A stretch of 59,707 bases of DNA, filler included, from Sphacelaria rigidula (taxonomy: Eukaryota), in NCBI GenBank assembly GCA_964200075.2. It is 8 parts of 8 records of this genome, joined end to end, with 100 filler letters (N's around TTAATTAATTAA, not from the genome) between each part and the next. Parts side by side here need not be neighbours in the genome. Positions count along the whole stretch, not along the records: positions 7,478 to 14,854 come from CAXNAA020015192.1; positions 14,955 to 22,331 come from CAXNAA020015193.1; positions 22,432 to 29,807 come from CAXNAA020015194.1; 5 more parts are not named here. The stretch is one strand, 5' to 3'. The translations under genes and the position numbers were made by a program. This document shows, one piece after another, positions 12,558-25,090 of this stretch. Within the stretch, counting starts at the first letter, position 1; each line of letters begins with the position of its first letter. The notes under the pieces were generated by a model. It searched no databases and had not been told where the DNA came from. It was given only the letters and a program-made list of their open reading frames with translations.

Positions 12558-13129
12558 GTTTGCCAGTAGTGTACAACGGCTTCAATAAATATGATGTGGA
12601 CAACGTGCAGTACAGACAGAACGAAGCAGTACGGTACTGTCTGCACTGCCGCATTCGGCAGTACACATGCGCACATGTCAGGTTGCAGACGGGAATAAAC
12701 AACGGCTACACTTGAATTGGCGTGGAGGAGTTCTACTGTCTGTACTGCCGCATACGGTCTACGGCAGTGTAGGATGAAGATGTCAGTTTGCACACAGTAC
12801 GAGCTGGGCCAGCAGCGATCGGGGGAGGTCTGTGTTTCACGCTTTCTTACACCAACAAAAAAAACTTGGCGTTGCGAAGTCTTGAGGTCTCTATACCTCG
12901 CCTTGGCGTGCACACCCCTTTGAAATGCGCTGACCGTACTTTTACTTTTGGTACCTCCCCACTCTTTTTTTCCCCACCCGCCTGAGGAATGTATCTCAGG
13001 AACCGCAAGGCAGGGTCAACATCTCTCGTTGTATTTTCCTTGCGGTATTTTTTCCTCATAATTTGTTGCAAAATACGACGGGAAATACGAACCGGAAGAA
13101 ACGGCCAAAGCGGAAAGGCGCCAGTATGT

Positions 13130-14600
13130 CTTTGTCGAGTAATATATTGGCTGCCGCAAGAGGTCAATTTACATCGACGATCCAATATACTCAGCACGCG
13201 AAGCGGCTACATGTATTGCCGCCCCCAAATGTCGTGCGCCAATGCGTCCAATATATTTGGGCAAACATTCCCGAAAGAATCGATCGTCGCAAAATATGTG
13301 GTGGAGCATATATATATTACTGGCTCAATCTGTTTATGGGAAAGTATATAGGAATCAGTATAAACACTTTTTTGTTCGCGGGCGCCATAAAAAAAATGAT
13401 TGCCAGATGCCGAAAATGCTCAATATATTTCTTCGCGAGTGTGTCCAGGATATGTTGGCTAGACTAGACGATAGCTATGCGATTAGCGTACGCAACATAT
13501 TTGTGGAAAAACAATACTTGTCCTCGTACATCGTTTGTGTTCAACATTTATTATCGCAACACTACGTTATGCATCGCCCCGACTCAATGCATTTGACATC
13601 ACGATACATCCACGGCCGGCAATAACAATACACTACATTTTGAACGTTTGGTTCCCGAAAGAAGTAAGTGCATGTTCAATACATGTTATTCATACTGGCA
13701 TGGATTACTCTATGATCATGACACAAGAATTATGTATCGCCGCTTCAACATCTCCGAAGAGATCTGTGCACAATATATTCTGTGAGGACAATACTCGCGC
13801 CGTTCCAAATGTAAAGTATTGGAATCGTGTTCGAACATAATGTATTTGTCCATGGCATGTCCAGGGCATGAGCAACACCACGCCGGTGGCCAATGGGGTA
13901 CCAAACGGCCAATATCGACCCGTTTTTCCTACCGTCTTTCACTGCGAAACAAGGTAGTAAACAGCAATATTTCCAAGGGACAACTCAACGACTCTCACTC
14001 TTGTTTTTTTCCTGGAATGATTCGAGATGATGCTCGTGTAACATCCTGCACGCTAAAAAACAACACTCCTTGAACTACGCTGAATGATGAATTCTTTTGA
14101 CGGATGACTTGCAGGATGTGGTGGGAGTACAGTACATGGATAATGTAGTGTAGTGGGGAAAAAATACTCGGCATCGATCCATCAACCAAATGCATCTGGG
14201 GTGGGTGACATGTTGTCGCACGCGCGACCCCGATACATAAACTAATCGGGCAATATTTTGTCACCCCTAGCCCCAATATATATTGAGCGGGCAGTATGCT
14301 GTCATTCACACGGCCCCAATATATATTGACCGAGCAATATGTTTGCACCTATGCGTCCTCAATGTATACTGGTGGTGCAAGGTGTCGTCACCCACGCGAC
14401 CCTAGCATATACTGATGCGACAATGTGTGCGATCCCATGGTACCACTATATATCGGACGAATATGTATGCAGTCTCACGCACTAATACATGTCGAGCGGG
14501 ATATACGTGTGCAGTCCCAGGGCACCAATATATATTACGCTGGCAGTAGATCGCTATAGTCCTATATGAAAGACTAGTATATATTGGAAACATTGTGTGC
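13130..14600. repeat. Degenerate minisatellite-like region with recurring CAATATAT(A)TTG palindromes
   Basis: Motif variants near 13141, 13250, 13421, 13771, 14251, 14275, 14318, 14526, 14577. Confidence 0.5.
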
Positions 14601-14854
14601 TATCCAAGGTGTGAATGACTTACGGGCTGACCAGTCGTCGGGGTTCCTGCGACTACCCACCAGCAGATCCTGATCCATGGGTAGTTTCCTCGATGAAAGC
14701 AATCCCGGTCGTTGTCGTGAACAAATGTAAGTATTTTTTTTTTACCTGTTCATTTTACTAGAGCTGGAAAGCTGTGACCCCCCCCCCCCCCCCCCCCTCC
14801 TCCCCCACATCCAACCCACCCCCCCCCACCTCCCCCCCACGCCCCCCACCCTCG

Positions 14855-14954
14855 NNNNNNNNNNNNNNNNNNNNNNNNNNNNNNNNNNNNNNNNNNNNTT
14901 AATTAATTAANNNNNNNNNNNNNNNNNNNNNNNNNNNNNNNNNNNNNNNNNNNN
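14855..14954. other. Artificial contig linker
   Basis: N44-TTAATTAATTAA-N44. Confidence 0.99.
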
Positions 14955-14957
14955 AAT

Positions 14958-15010
14958 GGGCAAACGACTAAGGAAAGCAACAAATGAGTACGCCCCCCCC
15001 CCCCCGTTCC
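14958..15010 (+). repeat. Dispersed repeat end CGACTAAGG(C/A)AAGCAACAAATGAGTACG-polyC
   Basis: Other copies at ~5615-5657 (-), ~43540-43590 (+) and a diverged one at ~59625-59680 (-). Confidence 0.75.
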
Positions 15011-15250
15011 CTAACGGTCACGCTTACTCCCTTCTTTCGTAGTGGCTATGTAAGTGCAGAGTCAGTATGTGTGCTGTGTGTCTTTGCTGGATATATTGGC
15101 AAGATACATTCAGCGTGCCATCGCTCTCACTGAGCACAGCCAACTGCATGCTGCTGTGCCTCTGCTTATTTGAAGAAAACTCCGGATGTCCGTGGACTGT
15201 CAGCCTGTGGAATGTTTTCGAGGCGATGCTCAATGTCTAAGGGGCTTTGT

Positions 15251-16072
15251 ACGCCCCTTGGTATTCGGACGCTATGTATACACCTCCACAAAGCTGACAC
15301 ATCCCGGGGTTGAACGTTTTTCTTCAAGTTTTTTTCAAGCTTTCCTCAAAACCTGCAGTACTGCTGAGAGATTTTCCGGGGGGGGGAGATTGCTGGAGGT
15401 ATATCAAACTCGGGGTTCCCGGCATGTTTGACGGCAAATTACTGTGAAACATACCGCGAACCTCGGGTTTTAGATACCCCCCTGCTGATTATGTACATGA
15501 AAGTCATACGTCATTAGTTTAGGCCGGGCAAGCATTGTTCTGAGGTTGACGCTAATTTTAATGTTCAACCCCATTTCTCAGGATCCTCCGTCAAGAGTGG
15601 TCTCTGGGCGGTGACGTGTGGTCGAACAGCCCACACACTTTCCGGGGGATAACACCCCCCCCCCCCTTTAGCATCCCTAACGGTCACGCTTACTTTCTTC
15701 TTTCGTAGTGCTTACATGATGCTTAGATCTCCCCTTCGACGTTTTCTCCCCAGTTCCCTCCGTCTGTGCTCATTTTCCATTTGCTTTGATTCAGCTATAT
15801 TGGGGGAGAGATGGGTTGATCCCTCGAGACCACGGACTCATCCCGAGAAAGGGGGAGAATTCAAAGTGCGACGAAAAAAACAATGAGGGCGACGAAGTGT
15901 AACCTTTCTCAGGGCACGTCCCGCGGTCAGCAAAACAAATCGGAAACGTACTTTTTAAAAACTTTTTTGCGGGGTTCTAAGGGTAAGCCTGAAACACATT
16001 CGAAAAAAAGGTGAAATCCCGGGACGTGTCAGCTGCGTGAAGGTGTATGTCGCGTCTGAATAGGGAGGGCGT
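15251..16072. mobile_element. Foldback-like element with ~100-bp diverged inverted arms
   Basis: TACACCTCCACAAAGCTGACACATCCCGGG (~15278-15308) vs CCCGGGACGTGTCAGCTGCGTGAAGGTGTA (~16018-16047). Confidence 0.6.
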
Positions 16073-16442
16073 GACTTCAACGCACGATTTCTCCGTGTCA
16101 AGGATGTAGTTTCAACCGAGCGTATCTAGAGAAAGGAAGAAACATGGTCTATGGCCGATAAAATGTCCTCGGACAGCCCGGACGCTTTTCGGAGTTTACC
16201 ACCCCTCCGACTAGCACCTCATCTTGCGGTTGAAAGTCCTTTTCTGCTAATACTAATGAATTGGTTAAGGTCAGGGTCGCTTTTTGCTCTTGGCCATTTT
16301 AGTTCAAAGCCTTCACGTGTATGAGACCCGTCGTGTTGATACCTGCGGCACTGCTGCCACGCGCGTTAGCCGTGGTTTACCACTAGTTATTATTACTATT
16401 ATTATGATCATCATTATTAATATTATTTTCATTATTATTATT

Positions 16443-16467
16443 GGGTTAGGGTTAGGGTTAGGGTTAG
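16443..16467 (+). repeat. Interstitial telomeric repeat (GGGTTA)4
   Basis: GGGTTAGGGTTAGGGTTAGGGTTAG directly after an (ATT)n tract. Confidence 0.85.
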
Positions 16468-16613
16468 TCACAAAATATATATGTTGCACTTCGAACATCT
16501 TCCCCTCCTCGGGACGAGTCCGTGGTCTCAAGAGATCAACCCATCTCTCCCCGGTATCATTCGACAAATATTCCGCTGACGTCAGAATATATGAAGCATA
16601 CATGTATGTACAT

Positions 16614-16757
16614 CACACCCTGGATGATGACGATAGATTACATTGTCAAGAAGTGTACTGCATACAGTATAGACTATTGGGTCTATTGCAACAGACGATA
16701 GATCCCATACTGTACGCCGTACATTTTTTGGCAATGGAATTCATTGTCCAGGGTGTA
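16614..16757. mobile_element. Small MITE, CACACCCTGGA-terminus family
   Basis: CACACCCTGGAT...GTCCAGGGTGTA. Related elements at 44192-44292 and 52580-52748; right ends at ~7682 and ~38990. Confidence 0.65.
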
Positions 16758-16987
16758 CTGATATGCCGCGTCCCGGTGTCGTGAATACAAATGATCCGAC
16801 TGTCACTATTAGGGTGGAGAGAACGTGGGCTCGATTCCCGATGCCTCGGGTGTTTTCCACGGTCGAAAGCGTTAGTACGTGTGTAGCCGAGAAGTAGTTG
16901 GCTAATGTGACATGACTAGTTAATCAATCAAACCAATTTGACTGAGTTTGTTTGACGAGAGTAGGTAACGCGGTGCGGGAGGGCTGG

Positions 16988-17090
16988 TGGTCATGATTCA
17001 ATCCGCGAGACCAAAATGAAAGGCACGTACCGGGGAGAGATGGTTTGATTCCTTGAGACCCCGGACTCGTCTAGAGGAAGGGGAGGGGTG
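16988..17090 (+). repeat. Abundant ~100-bp dispersed repeat (GTACCGGGGAGAGATGGGTTGATCCC-GAGACCACGGACTCGTCCCGAGGA)
   Basis: Copies at ~4749-4830 (+), 15802-15870 (+), 16486-16556 (-), 22050-22155 (+), 33750-33860 (+), 34420-34520 (+), 42610-42660 (-), 54738-54857 (-). Confidence 0.8.
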
Positions 17091-17820
17091 CAAAAAAGCG
17101 TTCCTGAAAAACCTCAGGACATGGGTCGCGTGTACTGACTGTACTACATGCGGTGCACAGAAAACTCCGTTTGATGAGCCTTTGTGGGGGCAGATCTGTT
17201 TCGTGCTCGCGGCTGATTTGGTGACGAATCAGCTCATGTGCGACAATCACTGACCCGAGCACGCAAACACGAGGGATCGGCTGAGATTCGGCGTTGCCTG
17301 GAGGCCTCCCCTACCCTTCCCCGTATAACGAGATCGGAGCGTTCGGCATCAACTAACGATCATCATTTTGTGCTCTGGGTCATGGTAGTGGCCTGCACAG
17401 TATTGCAAGCGTTTTCTTCGCCATTATTAAATATATCATTTCTTGGCCCCAAACATTAGGGCGGGGGGAGGGAGCGTTGCTATGTGGTACCGGACCGTTG
17501 AGATATGTAACCTTTTAATGTGTGAAGTGGTGCCAGTAGTAGTTTTACCGCTGCTCTCATGTTTGGAACTGCTACCGGCTTGTAATCAGTACTACTAGTG
17601 ACGGCGATACATTAGTACCTATCGTGAATCTAGGTACAAATAACAACGTTTTCTCATAAAGTGATGCTAATGGTATTTGTGGTGACATATGATGACAGTA
17701 GTAACGACGACGGTAACTACATCAGCGCCAACGCCAACATATTCATCACAATAACAATCATCATCATCATGATCATCATGATCATCATCATCACCATCAT
17801 TACCATCATCGTCATCATTA

Positions 17821-18319
17821 GGCCGCTCCTTATAGCAGACAAAAATATAAAACTGAAAAAGTGCTTTTTTGGAGCTTCTAAGTCGTTTTACGCCCTAACA
17901 GGGAGCTAGGCGGATTTCGACACCTTGAAATGACTTGCGGTACTCGTGAAGATGGTTCCAGCACACCTGTGCGTTTTTCCGGTGGCCGCAGTTCCTTTGT
18001 TGCCGAGACTAGCATTTTTCTCGGAGATCGCTCATTTCTCGAAGACCGGTCAAGTGCAGAAAAACTCCGCATATTTATGTGAACTTGACCGGTCTTTGAA
18101 AAAGTAAGCGATCTTCGAGAAAAATGCTAGTCTAGGCAAGAAAGAAGCTACGGCCGCCGGAGAAACGCACAGGCATGCTGGAACCGTCTCAACGAGCACC
18201 ACAAGTCATTCCAAGATGTCAAAATCCGCGTAGCTCTTTTTCAGGGCGTAAAACGACTTGGAAGCTCCAAAAAGGCACTTTTCCAGACTAATGTATTTTT
18301 TTTGGCTTAAGGCGTGGCC
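17821..18319. mobile_element. Tourist-like (PIF/Harbinger) foldback MITE inserted in an (ATC)n microsatellite
   Basis: GGCC termini, TTA duplicated at 17818-17820 and 18320-18322, ~240-bp inverted arms. Truncated left arm at ~56790-57050. Confidence 0.85.
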
Positions 18320-20154
18320 TTACCATCATCGTCATCGTCATCGTCATCGTCATCATCATCATCATCAACAACAACAACAAGGACGAGCTCATTGGTGGCG
18401 AAGGAACAAAACTACTAAACCTACAACGTTGGTACAACAAATGGAATACCCTGCCCTATTTGAGGATGTGGAGCCGAACGTGTACAAAGACCCTCCGCGC
18501 GCAAGCTCCAAAACTCCCCACGGCAGCGGCCAGCCCCCTTCCCAACGAGTGATGACGTTTGTCTTTTTCGACTGAACATTTCAAATCGCCTTGACGTTCA
18601 CTTTTTTATTGTCTCCGCTGCTTCCGCTACTTTTCGCGTAATGCTAATATTTATATAAATCGTGTCACAATGTCAGCTCTTGATTCCCAAGATCGAAGAG
18701 GGCAAAGCTGTTCAACGGCCGCTCGGAACTCTTGGCTGGCCCAGCTCGTGGTCTCCACTCCCTCCATCCTTCATGCTGTCGGCGTTTTCTAATGGCCCAA
18801 ACTCGTTTTCCCTTTTGCCCATCCCCTCTCGTGCATACCGTTCGTCGGCGTTCCCTCCGTCACCAAAATGTGTGTCCCCCCCTCCCACAGTGCAGCAATA
18901 CGCCACCCAGAGCGCTAATCCCACTCTGTTACACAGCAGAGGACGGGAGGGGATCACTGCGCCGATCGAGACAACATTTTGAAGATCGAAGAGAGAGACG
19001 TGTGAAAACTCCGTCATTCACTGGAGCGCATGGCGGAGTGGGCAACCTTGGAGGTACACGAAGAAGAGATCAAAGAATACAGACGTGAAGCTGAACTTAC
19101 TCGTGTGAAAAAGAAGTAATTCTCGCAGCAATATCCCCTGGTTGAAGGCAGGGGGGGGAGAAGTGACCGCGGATCAGAGCAGTCCACCGGACGCGTCGCG
19201 ATTCACCCACACTCATTCGCTGAGCGGAGGAGTCATCATTATTCCTACTCGTTTATTGGTGACAAAGCAAAGAAAAAATATGACCCCGGGTCAGAGAAAT
19301 CCAGGGATGCTGGAAAGAACCCAAAATCAAGGTTTGTCCTACCTCCCTGAAAACTCAAGAGGGGAATATTTCACAAAATAGTGCTGCTTGTCACCTCGAA
19401 AATAAGTAAAAAACAGTGAACACCGGTCACCAAAGTCGAAGCGTGCCCGGCGTGCAGTGCTGTAGATAGCTGAGCTGGAAGCGGGGCCCAACTAGTGATT
19501 CGTGCGTCATCGTGTATGGATCATGTTTTCTTACAGCAACCGTCTGAAATGACACGATTTGGGGATATACTTCGTACGTAGTATTCCTGTCGGAGGGCTA
19601 GTACATGGGAATCAAGTCACATTCACATTTTCATTTGACCACGGCCAGATTCATAAGGAATTAGTTAGTGTGCGACAACCAATCAATCAATTCATCGATC
19701 GACGCATCACTCAACCCATCAATCCATCAATAAACTGGTCAAATCAATGGATCTCGGAAATGGTTTGTCTAACCATTAACCAGTTGAATTGTTACGCGTA
19801 GCGCACTCTTTAACCAGTGGGGGGGGGGGGCGCTGGAGGCGCCGTGCCGGAGGCACGTTTTCACGCGAATTGGCTTCACTGGAGCTAAAACATACATCAG
19901 TATGGGCCAATTCCAAGCGCTGTATGTAGGATGTGTAGCCGGTAATGGCTTATAAAGCCGGTAACGGTAAATAATGGTTTGAAATCATAATCCAAATTTT
20001 TCATGTAACCATTGCCATTATTACCATCATAATGATAATGGCTAGGTATAACTGGTACCATTTCCGAGCTCTACAAATCAATCAATCCGTCAATCAAGTC
20101 AAATTACCACACGCACAAGGCTGGAAAAATGCGACAATGCGTGGCGACGGCGAA

Positions 20155-21700
20155 TTACATTTCGTCTCCTGTGCGGTGAAAGTTCTCAAACGCACGGTGG
20201 TACAATCGAGGAAGTTCTGCCTGTTCCAGAAATTTGATTTCAGAATACCATATTATTCTGTACGCGAAGATGTCCCGCCAATGTTTGAAATATGTTTCTG
20301 TACGCCAAGAACTTCTGACAAGGTTTTGGAAGGCCTTTCTAGACTGACGGACATCTAAGAGTGTTCCCAACTACCTATCCGCTCCGATTCTGCTCTGTTT
20401 TACCGCAACGGCCTCTGGGAAAAGAATGACGGCACTCTGTATTCATGACAATGTCTCGCGCACGAGTTCAAAGAAAGTCGTGCATGAAGTCGTGTCTGGA
20501 AAATTGCTTTCAGGGTGCACATGCACACGAGGAAGAAAATTGCTTTCCAAATCTCAAGTGTTTCACTCTGGACAATCGCTGCTGCTATATTTGTGTATGC
20601 TTCTGTATTCATCTGTTGGGTTTCATTTACCATCGGCCGTTGTCGCTCGATATCCATTTTTTCAACCTGAAATTCGGATAAAGTCTTGGAGAGCACAGTA
20701 ACTAAACTTGTATTCGGTATGGTACAGATACATTTTCTGTTGCGCTTTGTCGTACAGGGTGACTCGCGCTTCCGAACCCAAATTCACGAATGTGCAAACG
20801 CCATCTGCGATGCCTACCCAATTGTCGCGTGCAGCATAATCGCCATGGGCACCTGGAGAGGGGGAGATGGACGTTCTCTTGTATAAGGCCATAGTGGTGG
20901 CGCTATAGCCCGAAAAAGGACGAAAATATACTACGACCAATCAGCGGCCTTGGAATTAATTGGTCTCATTTTTTAAATTCTCAACCAAATTTCTACTTAG
21001 TCTCCACATGCTTCATATTTTAGTAACGTCCATCAGCTTCCAACCTGACGCAAAGAACAGAACAAAACAGGTTTGCAACCGGTTCCCATGATATCGAACG
21101 AATTGTACCCGAAATCGTGCTATTTCGGTTCTGTGTTTTTTTGGGTCGTCGGAATTCCGCTGATGGTACGCACCAAATACCCAGAAAGGCTCCCGACGGC
21201 TCTTGTTATTATTTCTGCCCTCAGGACGCTCCGACCGCCCTCGATCTCGGCAGTTCGTTAAGCGTTGATGCTCCAAAGGGAAAATGTCGAGTGCTGAAAA
21301 TATTTCAAAGTCTCTCCGCCATTCACCGGCTTCCGCGGGTCCCCACGTGAAGAATTCCGGAAGGCGGCAAATGACGTCGGAACTGGGACAATTATGCTTC
21401 CTGACGTAGTCCCAGCAATTTTGTACGAGTTGTCGTTGCGTAACTATAAAAGCCGATGAGCTGGGATCGGTTTAACAAGGGACGTACCCGAAAAAGTCGT
21501 TTCGATATTGCTGTATCGGGGGGGTCCCGAAAGGGCATGTGAAAGGCATGTGAAATGCATGTGACTTCCTGGGACCCTGGAATCCCCCCGTAACCTTCGG
21601 AAAAAAATGACTATCCCATCTATCGGAAGCTTTGTGGTGTCACATAAGATCAGTATGCAATTCTTCAGAGTCCAACCCCTCAAAATGGCGTAAGGGTTTT
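20155..21700 (-). repeat. Second copy of the unclassified element, containing a stop-riddled relic ORF (~20155-20892)
   Basis: Homology to 60-1302. Track ORFs 20662-20940 and 20155-20370 lie in the same frame, separated by in-frame stops. Confidence 0.5.
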
Positions 21701-22331
21701 GCTAATGCCAGAGTTTCGGCCGATTAGCGTCAGCACGCCTGTTCAAAGTTACCCGCGGCGTCGCCAGTGCGAAGATGTGATTTCTTCGACAGACTTTTTC
21801 ACCCTCTACGCGGTGGTATCTACACACACACACACACACATATATAGCCGTGCCCCAGTGGTTTGATGGCACAACTTACTACTTACACCATTAGGTCGGG
21901 AAAATGCGGGTTCGCTTCGCGACCGTTGTATTTTGTTTTCCCCCCAAATCTATATATTTCCGTCGTTGAAAACATGAGAACGACAGCAGAAAAAATACTG
22001 CCGTTTTTTTTTTTTTCATGACGAGAGCCCACGTGATGCAGGAGTGTTGATCCAACCCGCGATACTGCACCAATTTGCAACGGGTGCACCCGGGGGTAAG
22101 GTGGATCTATCCCCTGAGACCACGGAATCAAAGAAGAGGGCAGGTTCAAATTGAGGCGAAAATAGATACAAAGATACACTTTAGTCTGTTTATTGGTACG
22201 GTTGTGTTCGTCTCCCTCTGCATCTCGTCCCGTTTCAACCCTTCGACCTCCAGCCCATGGTTAGACACCCATGAGGCAGTGTAAAAGCTGTGGCTGTCTC
22301 TGGAAGTGGCAATACCACAGAATAAAGCAAC

Positions 22332-22431
22332 NNNNNNNNNNNNNNNNNNNNNNNNNNNNNNNNNNNNNNNNNNNNTTAATTAATTAANNNNNNNNNNNNN
22401 NNNNNNNNNNNNNNNNNNNNNNNNNNNNNNN
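22332..22431. other. Artificial contig linker
   Basis: N44-TTAATTAATTAA-N44. Confidence 0.99.
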
Positions 22432-23142
22432 CCATCACTACACAGTCAACGGTCATCATCCTGCTGATCACTACATAGCACATCATGTAGGCGATATTTC
22501 GTCACAAACCGTAAGAAAAGGTGTTGAACGCTTCAACACTCTTCACTCTTGCGATCGGAAGCCGTTTCTTCAGTGTTTCCTCGGTTACCATTACTCCTCA
22601 TCACGGTTTCTGTTTGCTCCCAAACTCCGGGGATCGAGATACATTGGTACCCGAGACAAATTCCGGTAAAGGAAAATGCGACCAACTTCAAACGAGTTAT
22701 CGCGGCTCGCTCCTCGATACTTTTGCTCGACCGAACCGATCCAGATCGTTTTACGAATGAAAGTGAAGTGTCCAATTCTATGGTGGTTCAGTTTTTTTCT
22801 ACGTAGTAGTACATCTTGATTGCGCTATATCCATCCGAATGACCGTGTTGTTGGGTGATATGGGTGTGTTGTTGTGTTGTTGTGTTGTTGTGTTGTCATC
22901 CCATCTGTTGTGAACGGCAGGCACTCCACACCGTTTGGTATACTTCATGTGGGCGCACTACAGGCTGGGCCAGCCTAGAGGCTGCATAAAAGTTTGCAGG
23001 CGGATGCGCCGGCCACTACTTTTTGTTAATTATGCGCTGGCGAGAGCCCAAAAAAAAATCAATACACAAAAACCAAACGTGCGCAGGTGAGTGGCCTGCG
23101 AAATACTGTTCCAAATCTCTACCGCCCCGGTAACGCCCTTAA

Positions 23143-23603
23143 CCCCTACACCGCGAGGGCAGTCCATCTGGATTATTGATGCATTTTTCGACTGAAATCA
23201 ATGCCGATTCAACAGACGACCTCCGCTCGCCGTCAAAGGGTCAACACACGAAAAAAAAAGACTTATATAATATGGTGCTTCTTCCCAATTTTTTTTTATG
23301 GCCCATGCATTGTCCATACTAAGTTTGATGCTCCAACTCTAAATATTGGCCGGCGCATTCGCCCGCAAACTTCAAATCCGCCTCAAGGCTGGCCCAGCTG
23401 ATAGTCCGCGAAGGTGACAAATTGTGGAAAATCCTCTTTTGGGACCGGATTCCCTGAAACATGTGGTTTACACGTAGAGGCTTTTTTTGTAAATCGGCAT
23501 CATTTTCAAGCGTTTCGATTGTTTCCAAGTAAAAATGATGCCGATACACGGAAACGCTCCTGCGTGCAAGCCAAACGTTCCTGGGAGTCCAGTCCCAAAA
23601 GGG
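23143..23603. mobile_element. Possible piggyBac-like non-autonomous element
   Basis: TTAA-CCC...GGG-TTAA. The left end CCGCGAGGGCAGTCCATCTGGAT matches the terminus at 28381-28411 in reverse; the right TIR is weak. Confidence 0.45.
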
Positions 23604-24587
23604 TTAATTTCTCGTGAGGGAATCATTTTCAGACGATAACCTTGCATCGGCTAACTGTCTGTGGAATTGTATTTGTCGACGACGGTAACCGCTTTCTCAC
23701 AGCAGCCATAACTCACAGTAAAAAACATCGTGCCAGTCAATATCTGGTTATGGAACAAGCAAGTAAAGCTACGACGTGATTGTTGTGCGTACACGGCGTA
23801 CACCACCCGACTACGCTAAGTAAATGCGATGACGTCATGGCATTGGAATTGACGCTTGCACTTGAACTCGTATCGTTACTGGTTGCTATTACTTCATTTT
23901 AGCAACGTACTCCGTACATCCGAGTGCCCAAGTGTTTCGCCTGCGTCCATTGCCCTCTACGAACTTCCTACACGGCTGTTGCGTCAATGGTATTCTCCAT
24001 CCCGAACTTTTCGCTGTATGCCTTCAACTGCACACTGTCGATGGGCGTGGCATTCAGCGCGATATCTTCGAGTTTCTTTTCTACGTGATTGCACGCGGAT
24101 CAAAGCATTTATATTTTTTCGACAAATATTTTCAAAATCTAATATATGGAACCTTCCTGCAAAGCTAACGCCCCAAGCTCACAGCCCTCCCCCACCCACA
24201 ACGAGAGACGCGTACGGTAGCAGGCAGCATTAAGTACAGTGCAATCAGACGGTGTTACAGCACTGTGCGAGCACCCTTGGTACTGCGGTACAGTACAGTG
24301 CAGTACAGGACAAAAGCAAGAGGAGAAAACTTCGCACGTACGTGACGTGTTGCTTTGAACCTTTTGTCACTTACCCCTGTCACGACTCAGTTGACTGAGA
24401 AGTCCCTGCTGATGGGACCGGCACTAGTGCATAGTTACGGTGGACGTGTGCTGTTACTGAATTGTGACGCGTCGACTATATAAGCGTGGCAACCGCGTCG
24501 TCAAGACGAGGGGTCAACCACCGAACCGAACAAACTGCGCCATCTCATCATTTGTAACAAGTGTGAGAAGACATTCGCCTGCGTAAA

Positions 24588-25090
24588 ATGCTCTTAGCAC
24601 ATAAGAGTGGCGGCGGCGCAAGAGTCGCGATGCGTGGAAGCAGCGGCGGTGGCTTCGCAGGCGCTCGTCTCATGGGCGAAAAGGCTCCACGTCTTCCGGG
24701 TAGCAAATGCAGCCTTTTGAAAAGCTCCCGGATTATTCCGAACTATCCCCGAGCCAAAAGCAATCTATTCACCATGGCCAGAGCACCGCGGCTGCCAGAT
24801 CAGCCTCTACGAAGAAAGAATGGGGCATCGTTTAGTGCGGTCATGATGGGACGGTCAGCGGCGCCGTCGACCTGTGAAGTTGCTGGGAGGAACGTCGGCG
24901 GATGGGTGTTTGCGGAGGGTTCGTTCAACCGGGTCATGTCTGCGTTGCGAGAGGCCATGCTGCGGGAAAGGCGTCCTCTCAAGGTCCTGGGCTTCAAACA
25001 CGCCAAGACGAATTTGAGCAATATGTGCGGACACGCCAGCTTCGTGATTCTGGCGCTGGCGTATTTGGAAACGGATGTGCTCATGCTGCG
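24588..25090 (+). CDS. Probable first coding exon of a Popeye-like (membrane + cNMP-binding) protein
   Basis: ATG-initiated open frame with a basic, low-acid N-terminus, ending NMCGHASFVILALAYLETDVLMLR at a GTACGT donor. The H..F....LAY...D.L.LR pattern resembles the first TM segments of Popeye-like proteins. No downstream exon found. Confidence 0.5.

Noticed and set aside
16284-18575. ORFs with poly-Ile, GLGLG or poly-His/Gln runs
   Set aside because: Translations of (ATT)n, telomeric, (ATC)n and (CAA)n microsatellites.
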